Part shown: piece by piece, positions 1 through 8,348 of the stretch | How positions within the stretch are numbered: position 1 is the first letter of the stretch | Layout of the letters: every line of letters begins with the position of its first letter | Assembly: GCA_034722055.1 (NCBI GenBank) | Contig: JAYENL010000149.1 | Coordinates: 68,030 to 81,613, forward strand | Direction: 5' to 3' | From: Armatimonadota bacterium | Lineage (GTDB): Bacteria > Armatimonadota > Zipacnadia > Zipacnadales > UBA5352 | Length of the DNA stretch: 13,584 nt | The notes under the pieces: model-generated | What the model saw: the letters and a program-made list of their open reading frames with translations, nothing else | Told to the model about the DNA's origin: nothing | The model's database searches: none | Translations under genes and position numbers: made by a program

Positions 1-526
1 CATGAACGCGGACCCATTCGTGCGCGAAATGATGGTGCTCCCGAACTTCTACCTGGCGGAGGGCTACTACCCGATGGTGCGGGCAATGACAGAGGCGGAG
101 CCCTCAGGGAACCTGCTGCCGAACGGATCCTTCGAGCACATCGAGGGGGAGCGACTGCCTGGCTGGGGCGACGCGCTCATCGGGCAGCGCCGCGGGGTGG
201 CCTTACCGGCGCGAAGTGGGCAATGGGCCCTGCGCCTGGCCTCCGACAGCCCGGCCATATGGGAGGGCGAGGAGCACGACTGGGTGACTGTGGACGTGAT
301 CAGCGAGCCGGTGAAGGTGCGGCCGTGGGATGCGCTCCGGGCTGCAGTGTGGGTGCAGGTACCGGAGCAGATGCAGCAGACGAGCCGGGGCGCGGTGTTG
401 ATTGAGCGAGATGCCGCGACCCATATAAGGATTGACCAGCGGCCCGATCCAATGCGCCCCTGCACGCCGATCTGTGGGATCTCACCTGAGCGCGCAACGT
501 CCACAAGCAGCGGCCCGAACACGTAG
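1..526 (+). pseudogene. 3' part of a larger protein with a CBM4/9-like carbohydrate-binding domain; enters from the window edge and appears truncated near 400
   Basis: GNLLPNGSFE...LPGW motif typical of the start of CBM4/9-like domains; domain-like sequence runs to ...AVWVQVPEQMQQTSRGAVL (~400) and then becomes an uninformative tail. Confidence 0.55.
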
Positions 527-804
527 CTTCCCCCCGAAGGGCATCCCGTGAGACGCGAGGCACGTAGACTTCCAGTAGGGTCTCGACGGTGTCCGCGCTC
601 AGCGGCTCGCCTGTGGGCCTCGTCAAGAGATTCCGGACAGCCGCCATCCGATTGGGTCGTCCGGTACGGTCCATGTCTCGTGCGTCCAGATCGGCCTACG
701 CCCTTTTCTGCAAGTAGTGGCCGCGCTGCGTCGAGAGCCGTTCTGCGGCCACCACCACACCACCCCCCCACAGACCGCTCCCGACCCACCGCGCCTCCCC
801 AGCC

Positions 805-903
805 ACCATGCGCCCAATCCGCCTACGGCGGAGACTGCGCAGCAGTTCATAGCCGACCAGCTCAAGACGAACGCCCGCAGCACCGCGAACACCTATCTGC
901 AGG
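805..903 (+). pseudogene. Tyrosine recombinase fragment A (core-binding domain)
   Basis: HAPNPPTAETAQQFIADQLKTNARSTANTYLQ resembles the integrase core-binding helices (S-T-x-N-x-Y-L). Left boundary approximate. Confidence 0.65.
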
Positions 904-1041
904 AGCTTCTCTACTGTCTCGCGGTCGGGCACATGGCGGTCGGGCTCGGGGTGCTTGATTCTGCTTGGCAGCTGCTCCAGTTGGTCCTCGGCCATTTGTC
1001 CGGTCTTGACTGCCCAGCGGAATAGCGAGCGGATGGCCTGC
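899..1041 (-). pseudogene. Tyrosine recombinase fragment B (end of core-binding domain and linker), inverted relative to A
   Basis: Minus strand reads QAIRSLFRWAVKTGQMAEDQLEQLPSRIKHPEPDRHVPDRETVEKLL, the expected in-frame continuation of ...ANTYLQ; bounded by GCAGG (899-903) and CCTGC (1037-1041). Confidence 0.7.
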
Positions 1042-1043
1042 GC

Positions 1044-1321
1044 TGTTCAGTGACCTCAAGTAGCGGTCGGTGGTCGCCAGGTCCGAGTGTCCCAGCGCCA
1101 GTTGCAGCGCCTTCACATGCACCCCCTGCTCCGCGAAGTGCGCCGAGAAGCTGTGCCGAAGCGCATGGGGGGGTTATCCTGGGCAGCTTCCCCCGCTCAC
1201 ATGCACGAACCATGGCTCGTCTGATGGCTCCTGGTGTCAGCCGGGGACCACAGCGGCCTCGGACCAGCCAACCATCCCCGTCTTTCATTCGCCTGGCCAG
1301 CAATCTCCTCAGCCGCATCAC
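1044..1321 (-). pseudogene. Tyrosine recombinase fragment C (catalytic C-terminus), frameshifted
   Basis: RACERGKLPRITP / HALRHSFSAHFAEQGVHVKALQLALGHSDLATTDRYL: HxxR, LGH and catalytic Y present; one extra base in the G7 tract at 1167-1173. Confidence 0.85.
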
Positions 1322-1324
1322 GCC

Positions 1325-1587
1325 GGGCTATCTGGCACCCGGAGACGCTGCCGAGCTGGGATGACGGCCGCATCAGCGTCTACTATCCCAGGTCAGGCCG
1401 GTTCCCGACCGGCTGCGCGCCCAGGGTCGAGCACGTGTTGACCGTGGCAGGTCTCGACTACCGGGTGAAGCGCTGGACCCCGAGTGCGAACGAGAGCTTC
1501 CCGGAGGCGAAGGTGAAGCTGCGCGGCTATCAGGAGGAGATGCTACAGGCGGCTTTGAAGCACCCCTATGGGATTCTGCACGCAGCG
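1325..1587 (+). pseudogene. N-terminal fragment of an SF2 helicase (UvsW/ResIII-like)
   Basis: WDDGRISVY...FPTG and KLRGYQEEMLQAALKHPYGILHAA (Q-motif and lead-in strand); breaks off where Walker A (TGxGKT) should follow. Boundaries approximate. Confidence 0.7.
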
Positions 1588-1632
1588 CTCGCGCCGGAAC
1601 CGTAAGAGGAGGAAGTCCTCGAATTCAGAGAG

Positions 1633-2364
1633 ATGACTGCTCCGGATGGGAGCGTGATGGTGTGGGTACCGCCGGGGGAATTTGTGATGAGTTCTCCCGA
1701 CGGCGAGCCGCGTCACCGCGTCCGGATCACTCGGGGCTTCTGGATAGGGAAGCATGAAGTCACGAGAGAGCAATACCGCAGATTCTGTGACGAGACGGGG
1801 ACGTCCTCTGATGTCAGATTCGACCGCGATTTGGCCAACCACCCGGTGTGGCTGTCCGAGCGGGAAGAGGCAATTGCGTACTGTGACCGCTATGGTCTGC
1901 GTTTGCCGACAGTCGCAGAGTGGGAGTACGCGGCTCGCGGGCCCGAAGGGAGTCTCTACCCCTGGGGTAACGAATGGGACTCGAGCAAGTGCTGCGCATC
2001 CGGTAACCGGGGGTCCCACAATACGACATGGCCGGTCGGGAGTTTCCCTGAAGGGGCCAGTTGGTGCGGGGCTCTGGACATGGCCGGCAATGCTTGGGAG
2101 TTCTGTGCAGATGTCTACGATGCCGACAGCTACGGAGGGTACGCGACGACAGATCCTCGGGGGCCGAGGCGCGGCGGCATTGGAATGGCTACACTTCGCG
2201 GCGGCTCCTGGTACACCGGATCGTATGCGTGTCGGTCAATCGATCCTGGTGACGAATTCAGGCGCTTCTCAGGTCTAGCCTACGTTTGGTTGGGTTTCCG
2301 CGTGTGGCGCGACGGAAACAGCGATAGCCCACAAACACCGGATGACTCAGCCGCTCGGGATTGA
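1633..2364 (+). CDS. FGE-sulfatase (SUMF1/C-type lectin fold) domain protein, probably 5'-truncated or decaying
   Basis: MVWVPPGEFVM, FWIGKHEVT, RLPTVAEWEYAARG, YPWG, DMAGNAWE, RGGSW, GFRV motifs; the frame continues upstream to a TAA at 1603-1605. Confidence 0.85.
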   Translation: MTAPDGSVMVWVPPGEFVMSSPDGEPRHRVRITRGFWIGKHEVTREQYRRFCDETGTSSDVRFDRDLANHPVWLSEREEAIAYCDRYGLRLPTVAEWEYAARGPEGSLYPWGNEWDSSKCCASGNRGSHNTTWPVGSFPEGASWCGALDMAGNAWEFCADVYDADSYGGYATTDPRGPRRGGIGMATLRGGSWYTGSYACRSIDPGDEFRRFSGLAYVWLGFRVWRDGNSDSPQTPDDSAARD

Positions 2365-2531
2365 CGCCGTCAGAGAAGAGCAGGAAACACTCAGGGACTT
2401 CCTGCAGCTCATGATCGAGCACCGGCAGGTGGGTATGACGGCCGTACTGAGGCGCAGGACGCCATCGGCCGGGAGGCGCTCGCCGAGCCAGGCCTTTCCC
2501 GCTGAGCTGGAACGGAGTGGGATGAGCGAAC

Positions 2532-3026
2532 ATGGAGCTTCTGTGCCGTCTCAAGCACCGTGATGGTGTGTCCCATCGCATCGAGTGCGTTGCGGATCCG
2601 GACCATCCTGGTCGCTGGCAGATAGATCCTCTTACCGGCGAGGCGGGGGTGGCGGCAACACTGTCGGTGTGGACTGACAGCAGCCGTCTGCGTATCGAGG
2701 AGTGGCACGTGTACGAGGGCGAGGCGGCCTCGATCCTCGGCGGGAGCTGCACGGAGGATGACCCGCTGACAGTTGAGCTGCACTTCCCGCCGGAGCCGGA
2801 TGCTGAAACGGACGTCGAGATCATCGGAATGCCGGGACCGGTGCGGCTGTTTCTCCGCCTGCACTCGATCGAGGGCGCAGGACGCCGGCGACACGCGCGA
2901 GGCGGCGTGCCCGGCGATAGGGTAACGTCTCTTGGAACGACTCCCAGGAGTTCTGCGGGAAGACTGGTCTCCAACTACCCACGGAGGCGCAGTGGGAGTA
3001 TGCGGCGCGGGGGCCGGAAGGTCTGA
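2532..3026 (+). CDS. Hypothetical protein; about the first 115 aa look protein-like, the tail reads out of frame through the FGE fragment
   Basis: ATG preceded by purine-rich GGAGTGGGATGAG; beta-rich acidic composition; no recognised motif. Confidence 0.4.
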   Translation: MELLCRLKHRDGVSHRIECVADPDHPGRWQIDPLTGEAGVAATLSVWTDSSRLRIEEWHVYEGEAASILGGSCTEDDPLTVELHFPPEPDAETDVEIIGMPGPVRLFLRLHSIEGAGRRRHARGGVPGDRVTSLGTTPRSSAGRLVSNYPRRRSGSMRRGGRKV

Positions 3027-3427
3027 GGTTTCCGTGGGGCGACGAGTGGGATCCGGAGCGCCTTTGCTGGTACGAGAACGGCTGGGATACGTCCCCGGTG
3101 GGGAGCTTCCCGTCTGGTGCGAGTTGGTGTGGCACGCTTGACATGGCCGGTAACGTGTGGGAGAAGTGCGCGGACTGGTATGGTGCAGACTACTACGCTC
3201 GGTCCGCGACCACAGACCCGACCGGGCCCAGCAATGCCTGGTGCCGCGTGTCGCGCGGCGGCTCGTGGTACTACGAAGCGGTCTACTGCCGCGCGGCGAA
3301 TCGCGCCAGCTACGCGCCCGACAGCGCGGACGGCAGCTGCGGGTTTCGTGTCGCCTGCACGCCTGACACAACCATCGGGTCCCAAGCGCCGGGGAGAAGT
3401 CGACCTGATCGGCCGCTCAGCCACTGA
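2921..3427 (+). pseudogene. Second FGE-sulfatase domain lacking its N-terminal part
   Basis: After an in-frame TAG (2918-2920): GNVSWNDSQEFCGKTGLQLPTEAQWEYAARGPEGLRFPWG...DMAGNVWE...RGGSW...GFRVA; no start codon or RBS for this segment. Confidence 0.85.
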
Positions 3428-3615
3428 AGAACGGGGGCCACGTCAAAGCCCCTATAGCAGGCGCTCGGTCGCGCGGCTCTGAACACCCCTGCACAGCCGG
3501 CCAGCCCGGCGCCGCCACATGCACGCTCGGAAGGTTCGATCCCCAGATGTGCACAATCATGCGCCATGGCGAGACGCCAGTGCGTAAGCAGTGATACGAG
3601 AGGAATCCGGAGCCG

Positions 3616-6162
3616 ATGAAGATCACCATCGGACTGCTGCTCGCGGTCGCCTTGCTCGCCATCTGCAGTGGACTGGCGGGTGCGGAGGTCATAGTGCGCA
3701 TGCGCAGCACCCCGGGAGGGCCGCAGATACACGTGGGCGATACGCCCGTGGTGCCGCGCTGGTTCTTCGGCTCACCGCGTGGCGGCACGGTGCGAGCCTC
3801 CGGCGACTGGGCCGAGAGATCCTTCGAGTTCACGGTGCCCCGGCCTGTTGATGGCACGGGCACGCTTCACTTCCGGTTCGGCCACGAGGCGGGAGAGGTC
3901 TGGCTGGCCGATGTCCGCGTGGTGGACACGCAGTCGGGCGAGGACGTCCTCCCGCCCGGCAGCTTCGCGAGCGAGGACGCGTTTGCGGACACCTGGAACG
4001 TCTGGCCCCCCGGTGACGCCAACACCGTCGGCGAGACAGAGGCGCGCGACGGTGCGCTGCACGTCGTGCTGACTGAGCCGGCGACCGGCCGATGGCCGGA
4101 CTTCCACCTGCACATCAACACCGCGCTGAGCTTCGCCGCCGGACGCACCTATCGCTGCAGCTTCCGGGTTCGCGCGGTCCCTGCCCGAGCGATACACCCC
4201 GCGCTCTACCGCGTGGAGGGCGGCGTCTGGACGCAGATCGGCGGCCCGCCCGGACCGTTCCTGCATCAGGTCCGGCTCGCGGCCGATGCGGGCGTCAGGT
4301 TTGTCTCCTTCAGCGCCCCCAACTGCTGGGATGAGCCGGGCGCCGAGTCTGACTTCACGCCCATCGATGACCTCTGCGAGGAGATCATCTCGGTCCATCC
4401 TGAGGCGCTGCTGGTGCCCCGGGTGAGCGCCAACGCGCCTGCGTGGTGGCTTGAGGCGCATCCTGAGGGGCGGATGATCTACGAGGATGAAAGCCCGGGG
4501 CGCATGGCCTCGGTGTCGAGCCGCGAGTATCGGGCGGATGCGGCGGCGCATCTCGAGCGGCTGTGCCGGCATCTCACCAGGCGATTCCCGGAGCACTTCG
4601 CGGGCATCCACCCCTGCGGTCAGAACACGGGTGAGTGGTTCTACGAGGGATCGTGGGATGCGCCGGTGAGCGGATACGATCCGGCGACACTGCAGGCCTG
4701 GCGTCAGTGGCTCGCCAGACGCGGCTTCGACAGCGCGCAGTCCGCGCGCGTCCCGACACCCGAAGAGCGGCGTGCCGCCCCGTTCGGCCTGCTGCGTGAT
4801 CCGGCACGGGAGCGCATGCTCATCGAGTTCAACCGCTTTCTGCAGCACGAGATGGCCGACACGGTGCTCGAACTCGCGTCAGCGGCCAGGTGCGGAACGG
4901 GCGGCCGCAAGCTGGTCGTGTTCTTCTATGGCTACCACTACGAGTTCGGCGCACTGCCCAATGGCGCGCCGATCTCCGGCCACTACGCGCTGGCCGATGT
5001 GCTCGAGTCGGACGACATCGACATCCTGTGCTCGCCGATCTCCTACGGGGACCGGCAGTGGCCCGGCACCGCGCCGTGCATGAGCCCAGCCGAGAGCATC
5101 CGCGACGCGGGGATCATGTGGCTGAACGAGGACGACACGCGCACCTACCTCAGCGGGACCACCGACTACGGCGGCGTGGAGGACCTGCAGCAGACGCGCG
5201 ACGTGATGCTGCGCAACACCGCCCAGGCCGCCCTGCGTGGCTTCGCCACCTGGTGGATGGACCTGCCTGGCCTGGGCTGGTTTGCGGACCCGGCGATCTG
5301 GGACGAGCTGCAGCGACTCAGGCCGGTGGACGAGGCGCTGCTGGCGCGCGAGCGGCCGTTCACGCCGGGGATCGCCGCGATCGTAGGCGAAGACAGCATG
5401 TGCCATCTCGCGGCCGGCGGCAATGCCGTCTCCAGCCCGCTCATCTACCAGGCTCGCGCCGCGCTGGGCCGGTGCGGAGCGCCCTACGGGCAGTACATGC
5501 TGCGCGACGCCATTCGGGGCACGGTGCCGGCCACGCTGCAGATATACCTGGCGGCCTGGCGCATCGGGCAGCAGGCGCGCGAGCGGCTTGCGGCCAACCG
5601 GCCCCCGGGTGTCACGCGCGTGTGGTGCTACGCGCCCGGGTGGCTGACCGAAGAGGGCGGCAGCCTGGAGACCATGCGCGCACTGACCGGCTTCGACTGC
5701 CGGCAGGTGTCGCCGGACACGGCGCGGGTGACGCCGACGCCGGCCGGTGAGGCGGTGGGCCTCGACGAGCCCTGGGGCCCCGAGGGGAGGATCGATCCTC
5801 TCTTCACCGTGGATGCGGGGCCCGAGGGCACGCTCGCCACCTGGGAGGACGGCAGCCCGGCGGTGGCCCTGCGCAGATCGGCGGAGGGCCTGGACGTCTT
5901 CGTGGGCGTGCCGCAGCTCACACCGGAGCTGATTCGCGCCCTGGCGCGCCTGGCCGGGGTGCATCTGTTCGCGGACGTGGACGTGAGCGTCTGGGCGGCT
6001 GAGCCCTACCTGTCGATCCACGCGATGGGGAACGGGCCGCTGAGCCTGGACACCGGGCGCGCGGGGCCGGTAGTTGACGCCCTCGACGGCACACCACTGG
6101 GCCGGGGACCCGAGCTGACTCTGCAGATGCGCAGGGGCGAGACGCGCGTACTGCGGTACTGA
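3616..6162 (+). CDS. Secreted glycoside hydrolase, GH42/beta-galactosidase-like, with an inserted carbohydrate-binding module
   Basis: 848 aa; signal peptide MKITIGLLLAVALLAICSGLAGA; GQNTGEW and WLNEDDTRT glutamate motifs consistent with clan GH-A; trimerisation-like C-terminal region; GGAG upstream of ATG. Family call is by motif recognition only. Confidence 0.8.
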   Translation: MKITIGLLLAVALLAICSGLAGAEVIVRMRSTPGGPQIHVGDTPVVPRWFFGSPRGGTVRASGDWAERSFEFTVPRPVDGTGTLHFRFGHEAGEVWLADVRVVDTQSGEDVLPPGSFASEDAFADTWNVWPPGDANTVGETEARDGALHVVLTEPATGRWPDFHLHINTALSFAAGRTYRCSFRVRAVPARAIHPALYRVEGGVWTQIGGPPGPFLHQVRLAADAGVRFVSFSAPNCWDEPGAESDFTPIDDLCEEIISVHPEALLVPRVSANAPAWWLEAHPEGRMIYEDESPGRMASVSSREYRADAAAHLERLCRHLTRRFPEHFAGIHPCGQNTGEWFYEGSWDAPVSGYDPATLQAWRQWLARRGFDSAQSARVPTPEERRAAPFGLLRDPARERMLIEFNRFLQHEMADTVLELASAARCGTGGRKLVVFFYGYHYEFGALPNGAPISGHYALADVLESDDIDILCSPISYGDRQWPGTAPCMSPAESIRDAGIMWLNEDDTRTYLSGTTDYGGVEDLQQTRDVMLRNTAQAALRGFATWWMDLPGLGWFADPAIWDELQRLRPVDEALLARERPFTPGIAAIVGEDSMCHLAAGGNAVSSPLIYQARAALGRCGAPYGQYMLRDAIRGTVPATLQIYLAAWRIGQQARERLAANRPPGVTRVWCYAPGWLTEEGGSLETMRALTGFDCRQVSPDTARVTPTPAGEAVGLDEPWGPEGRIDPLFTVDAGPEGTLATWEDGSPAVALRRSAEGLDVFVGVPQLTPELIRALARLAGVHLFADVDVSVWAAEPYLSIHAMGNGPLSLDTGRAGPVVDALDGTPLGRGPELTLQMRRGETRVLRY

Positions 6163-6459
6163 CCACGACTACAGCGGCCGACGAGCGCATGTCATCTGTC
6201 GCGGCGCGCCGGACAGCCACGAGCCGCGTGGCCCCACTACCGGTCGGGGGCGATCCACGACCATCGCGGATGGCACGGAACGCCAGGTCCAGCCTGGTGC
6301 AGTGACCCCAGTGAGCGGATGTCCGGCTCGATGGCTGCCGGCCCTCCGCGTGCAGGATCTCAACTGAATACGGCAGTCGTGGGCAGCCCTTCTGACATGC
6401 CGACGGGTCTGGCAGTGCGGGTGGCACGACCAGAAGAGCTACCGTAGTTGTGCAATATC

Positions 6460-6720
6460 TCATGCGCTCAGCTGCCACGCGCCGGGCTTGTCGATCGGCC
6501 AGGTGCGGAGCCGCTCGTTGGCCCGGTTGACGGACATCCACTCGAGGCAGCCTTCGTCGAAGAGAGAGATTATGTCCCCTTCGCACTCGGGGCATTTGCC
6601 CCTGAACACATAGTGTCCATCCGCGTCTTCGAAGACGCGTTCCAGGGGCACCTCCACGTGGGCCCCACACGACGGGCAGAGGCCCTCTTCACGGTTATCG
6701 TATGTTGATCTCGGCTGCAT
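6460..6720 (-). CDS. Small zinc-ribbon protein (86 aa)
   Basis: CPSCG...CPECEG pairs; strong RBS GAGGAGGAG 8 nt before ATG. Confidence 0.8.
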   Translation of the reverse strand: MQPRSTYDNREEGLCPSCGAHVEVPLERVFEDADGHYVFRGKCPECEGDIISLFDEGCLEWMSVNRANERLRTWPIDKPGAWQLSA

Positions 6721-6811
6721 CTTTCAGTCTCCTCCTCTGTTGGTGTCACGACTGTGCACCTACGCATGCAGAGCTCTTGTCGATGGACGTCGTGCAGCAA
6801 CTCGTCGCTCC

Positions 6812-7003
6812 TCAGTGTGTGTCCCGTCCGCCGAGGCGCTCGAGCTTCAGGCGCAGCTCCAGCAAGTCCGAAAGCGCACGGACATCGCGGGCGAACATCT
6901 TGTCATCCCGGCTGTCGTCGGCCATTCGCTCGGCGAGTGCGCTCAGTCGCGCGTCCGTCAGCTCGATCGCGACCTCTGCCATCTCCTGCGGTGTCACCGC
7001 CAT
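6812..7003 (-). CDS. Small helical hypothetical protein (63 aa, MAVTPQEMAEV...)
   Basis: AGGAGGT RBS upstream of the ATG at 7003 favours this start over 7027; amphipathic helical pattern. Confidence 0.7.
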   Translation of the reverse strand: MAVTPQEMAEVAIELTDARLSALAERMADDSRDDKMFARDVRALSDLLELRLKLERLGGRDTH

Positions 7004-7055
7004 CAGTCTTGTCACCTCCTGGCACACTGCAGAATCGCCGACATCTCTCGTGGTG

Positions 7056-8201
7056 TCACGTGGCGCGAACCGCCTGGAGCGCCTTCGTGAGAGCGGCGAT
7101 CAACTCCGCGTCTGCCGCCTCGGCCGCGTCAGCTAATTGCGTAGCAATGCGCTCCTGGGCGTCGATGACTTCGTCCGTCTGCTCCTCGCCCTTGGGCGAG
7201 CTCTCGCTCTCTTGCTCCTCGAAGGTGATCCGATCCACCTTTGCGCGGATCTCGTCCGGCGCGTGGTGCAGATATCGCGAGGTCGTTTCGAGGCTCGAAT
7301 GGCCCAGCAAATGTCTCACCTCCGCCACGTGCAGGCCGCTGCGGATCCAGTTTGTAGCCGCGGAATGGCGGAGGGTGTGGATGGTGTAGCCCTTGTCCGC
7401 GAGGCCGGCTTCTGTCATCCACCGCGTGAACCAGCGCTGCAATAGCGTAGAGTACAGCGGTACGTGGCGGGCATCGGTGACGAAGAAGGCATCGTGCGAG
7501 CAGGCGGGCCGGCGTTCAAGGTAGTCGCCAAGGCATGTTATGAGCTCAGCAGACAGCGGGACATGGCGGACCGACTGCGTTTTCTGTGCCTCGACCGTCA
7601 ACATGCCTTCCTGGAGGTCGACGTCATCGAGGCGCAGTTGCAGCAGCTCGCCCTTGCGCAGGCCAGTTCGGTACAGCGTGAGAAAGACCGATCGCTCGAG
7701 GGGATCGTCGATTGCATCGAGGACCTGCTGCGCCTCTTCCTCGGGCATCCACACCACGCGACCGTTCTTCGGCCGGGAGCGGGGCACGGCGTCCAGGGGA
7801 TTGGCCTGCATCTGCCCGTCGCGGATCAAGTACTTGAAGAACCCGCTCAGCGCGCCCAGCTTGCGGCAAACAGTGGCCTGACTGAGGCCACGGTGACCGA
7901 GATAAGCGTGGAAGTCCTGCAAACGCGCGGGCGTCAACTCGCTGGGATCAGGGTCGATACCGGCCTCGAGCTGCATCCAGATGAGGAACTGCCACGCATC
8001 AGTGGCGTAGGCCGTAACCGTACTCTCCGCGCGGCCGGCGCCTCGGAGCCAGCGCAGCCAGCGGAATAGCGCCTCGTCGAGCGAGTTTGCCTCAAGGCGG
8101 CGGTGCTTCGCAGGTTCAAGCCGCCTGAGCATTACGTCGCGGAAATGATGGGGGTCGTCCGAACGAAGAGATCGATTGACGGCATCGGACACCGGGAGCA
8201 C
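7056..8201 (-). CDS. XerC/XerD-like tyrosine recombinase, intact (start may be the GTG at 8192)
   Basis: SAM-like GRAESTVTAY; LSQATVCRKLGALSGFFKYL; catalytic R (TGLRKGEL), K (AQKT), HTLRH, LGH, Y (TTSRYL); acidic/helical C-terminal extension; GAGGG lies 8 nt before GTG 8192. Confidence 0.93.
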   Translation of the reverse strand: MLPVSDAVNRSLRSDDPHHFRDVMLRRLEPAKHRRLEANSLDEALFRWLRWLRGAGRAESTVTAYATDAWQFLIWMQLEAGIDPDPSELTPARLQDFHAYLGHRGLSQATVCRKLGALSGFFKYLIRDGQMQANPLDAVPRSRPKNGRVVWMPEEEAQQVLDAIDDPLERSVFLTLYRTGLRKGELLQLRLDDVDLQEGMLTVEAQKTQSVRHVPLSAELITCLGDYLERRPACSHDAFFVTDARHVPLYSTLLQRWFTRWMTEAGLADKGYTIHTLRHSAATNWIRSGLHVAEVRHLLGHSSLETTSRYLHHAPDEIRAKVDRITFEEQESESSPKGEEQTDEVIDAQERIATQLADAAEAADAELIAALTKALQAVRAT

Positions 8202-8214
8202 CCTCTACGCAGCC

Positions 8215-8247
8215 GGCAGCATGACTCGTATGACCAGTCATGCCGCC
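8215..8247. promoter_or_regulatory. Dyad site upstream of the recombinase (candidate recombinase-binding or operator site)
   Basis: GGCAGCATGACT-CGTATGACC-AGTCATGCCGCC: 12-bp inverted arms with one mismatch, 9-bp spacer. Confidence 0.55.
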
Positions 8248-8348
8248 CAGATTTGGTGTCGAGGGTGCTTTCGGCGCTCGTGGGCTCGATCGCAACTCCG
8301 CCCGGCGCTCACGCCGCACCGACGGAGATGCGCAGACTTGGACGAAGT

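Noticed and set aside
400..700. Possible minus-strand gene frameshifted at the C6 tract near 530-535
   Set aside because: Protein-like stretches but no recognisable motif or RBS.
1633..3427. Complete diversity-generating retroelement
   Set aside because: No reverse transcriptase, no AAC-rich template repeat, and the two FGE copies differ at all base types.
3772..6021. Long antisense and alternate-frame ORFs (3772-4848, 4879-6021, 4890-5750; likewise 8855-10126)
   Set aside because: Shadows of GC-rich coding genes; Arg/Ala/Gly-rich with no motifs.
8103..8348. N-terminal part of ORF 8103-9023 as real coding sequence
   Set aside because: Overlaps the recombinase 5' end and upstream region, has no signal peptide, and repeat homology starts only at 8349.
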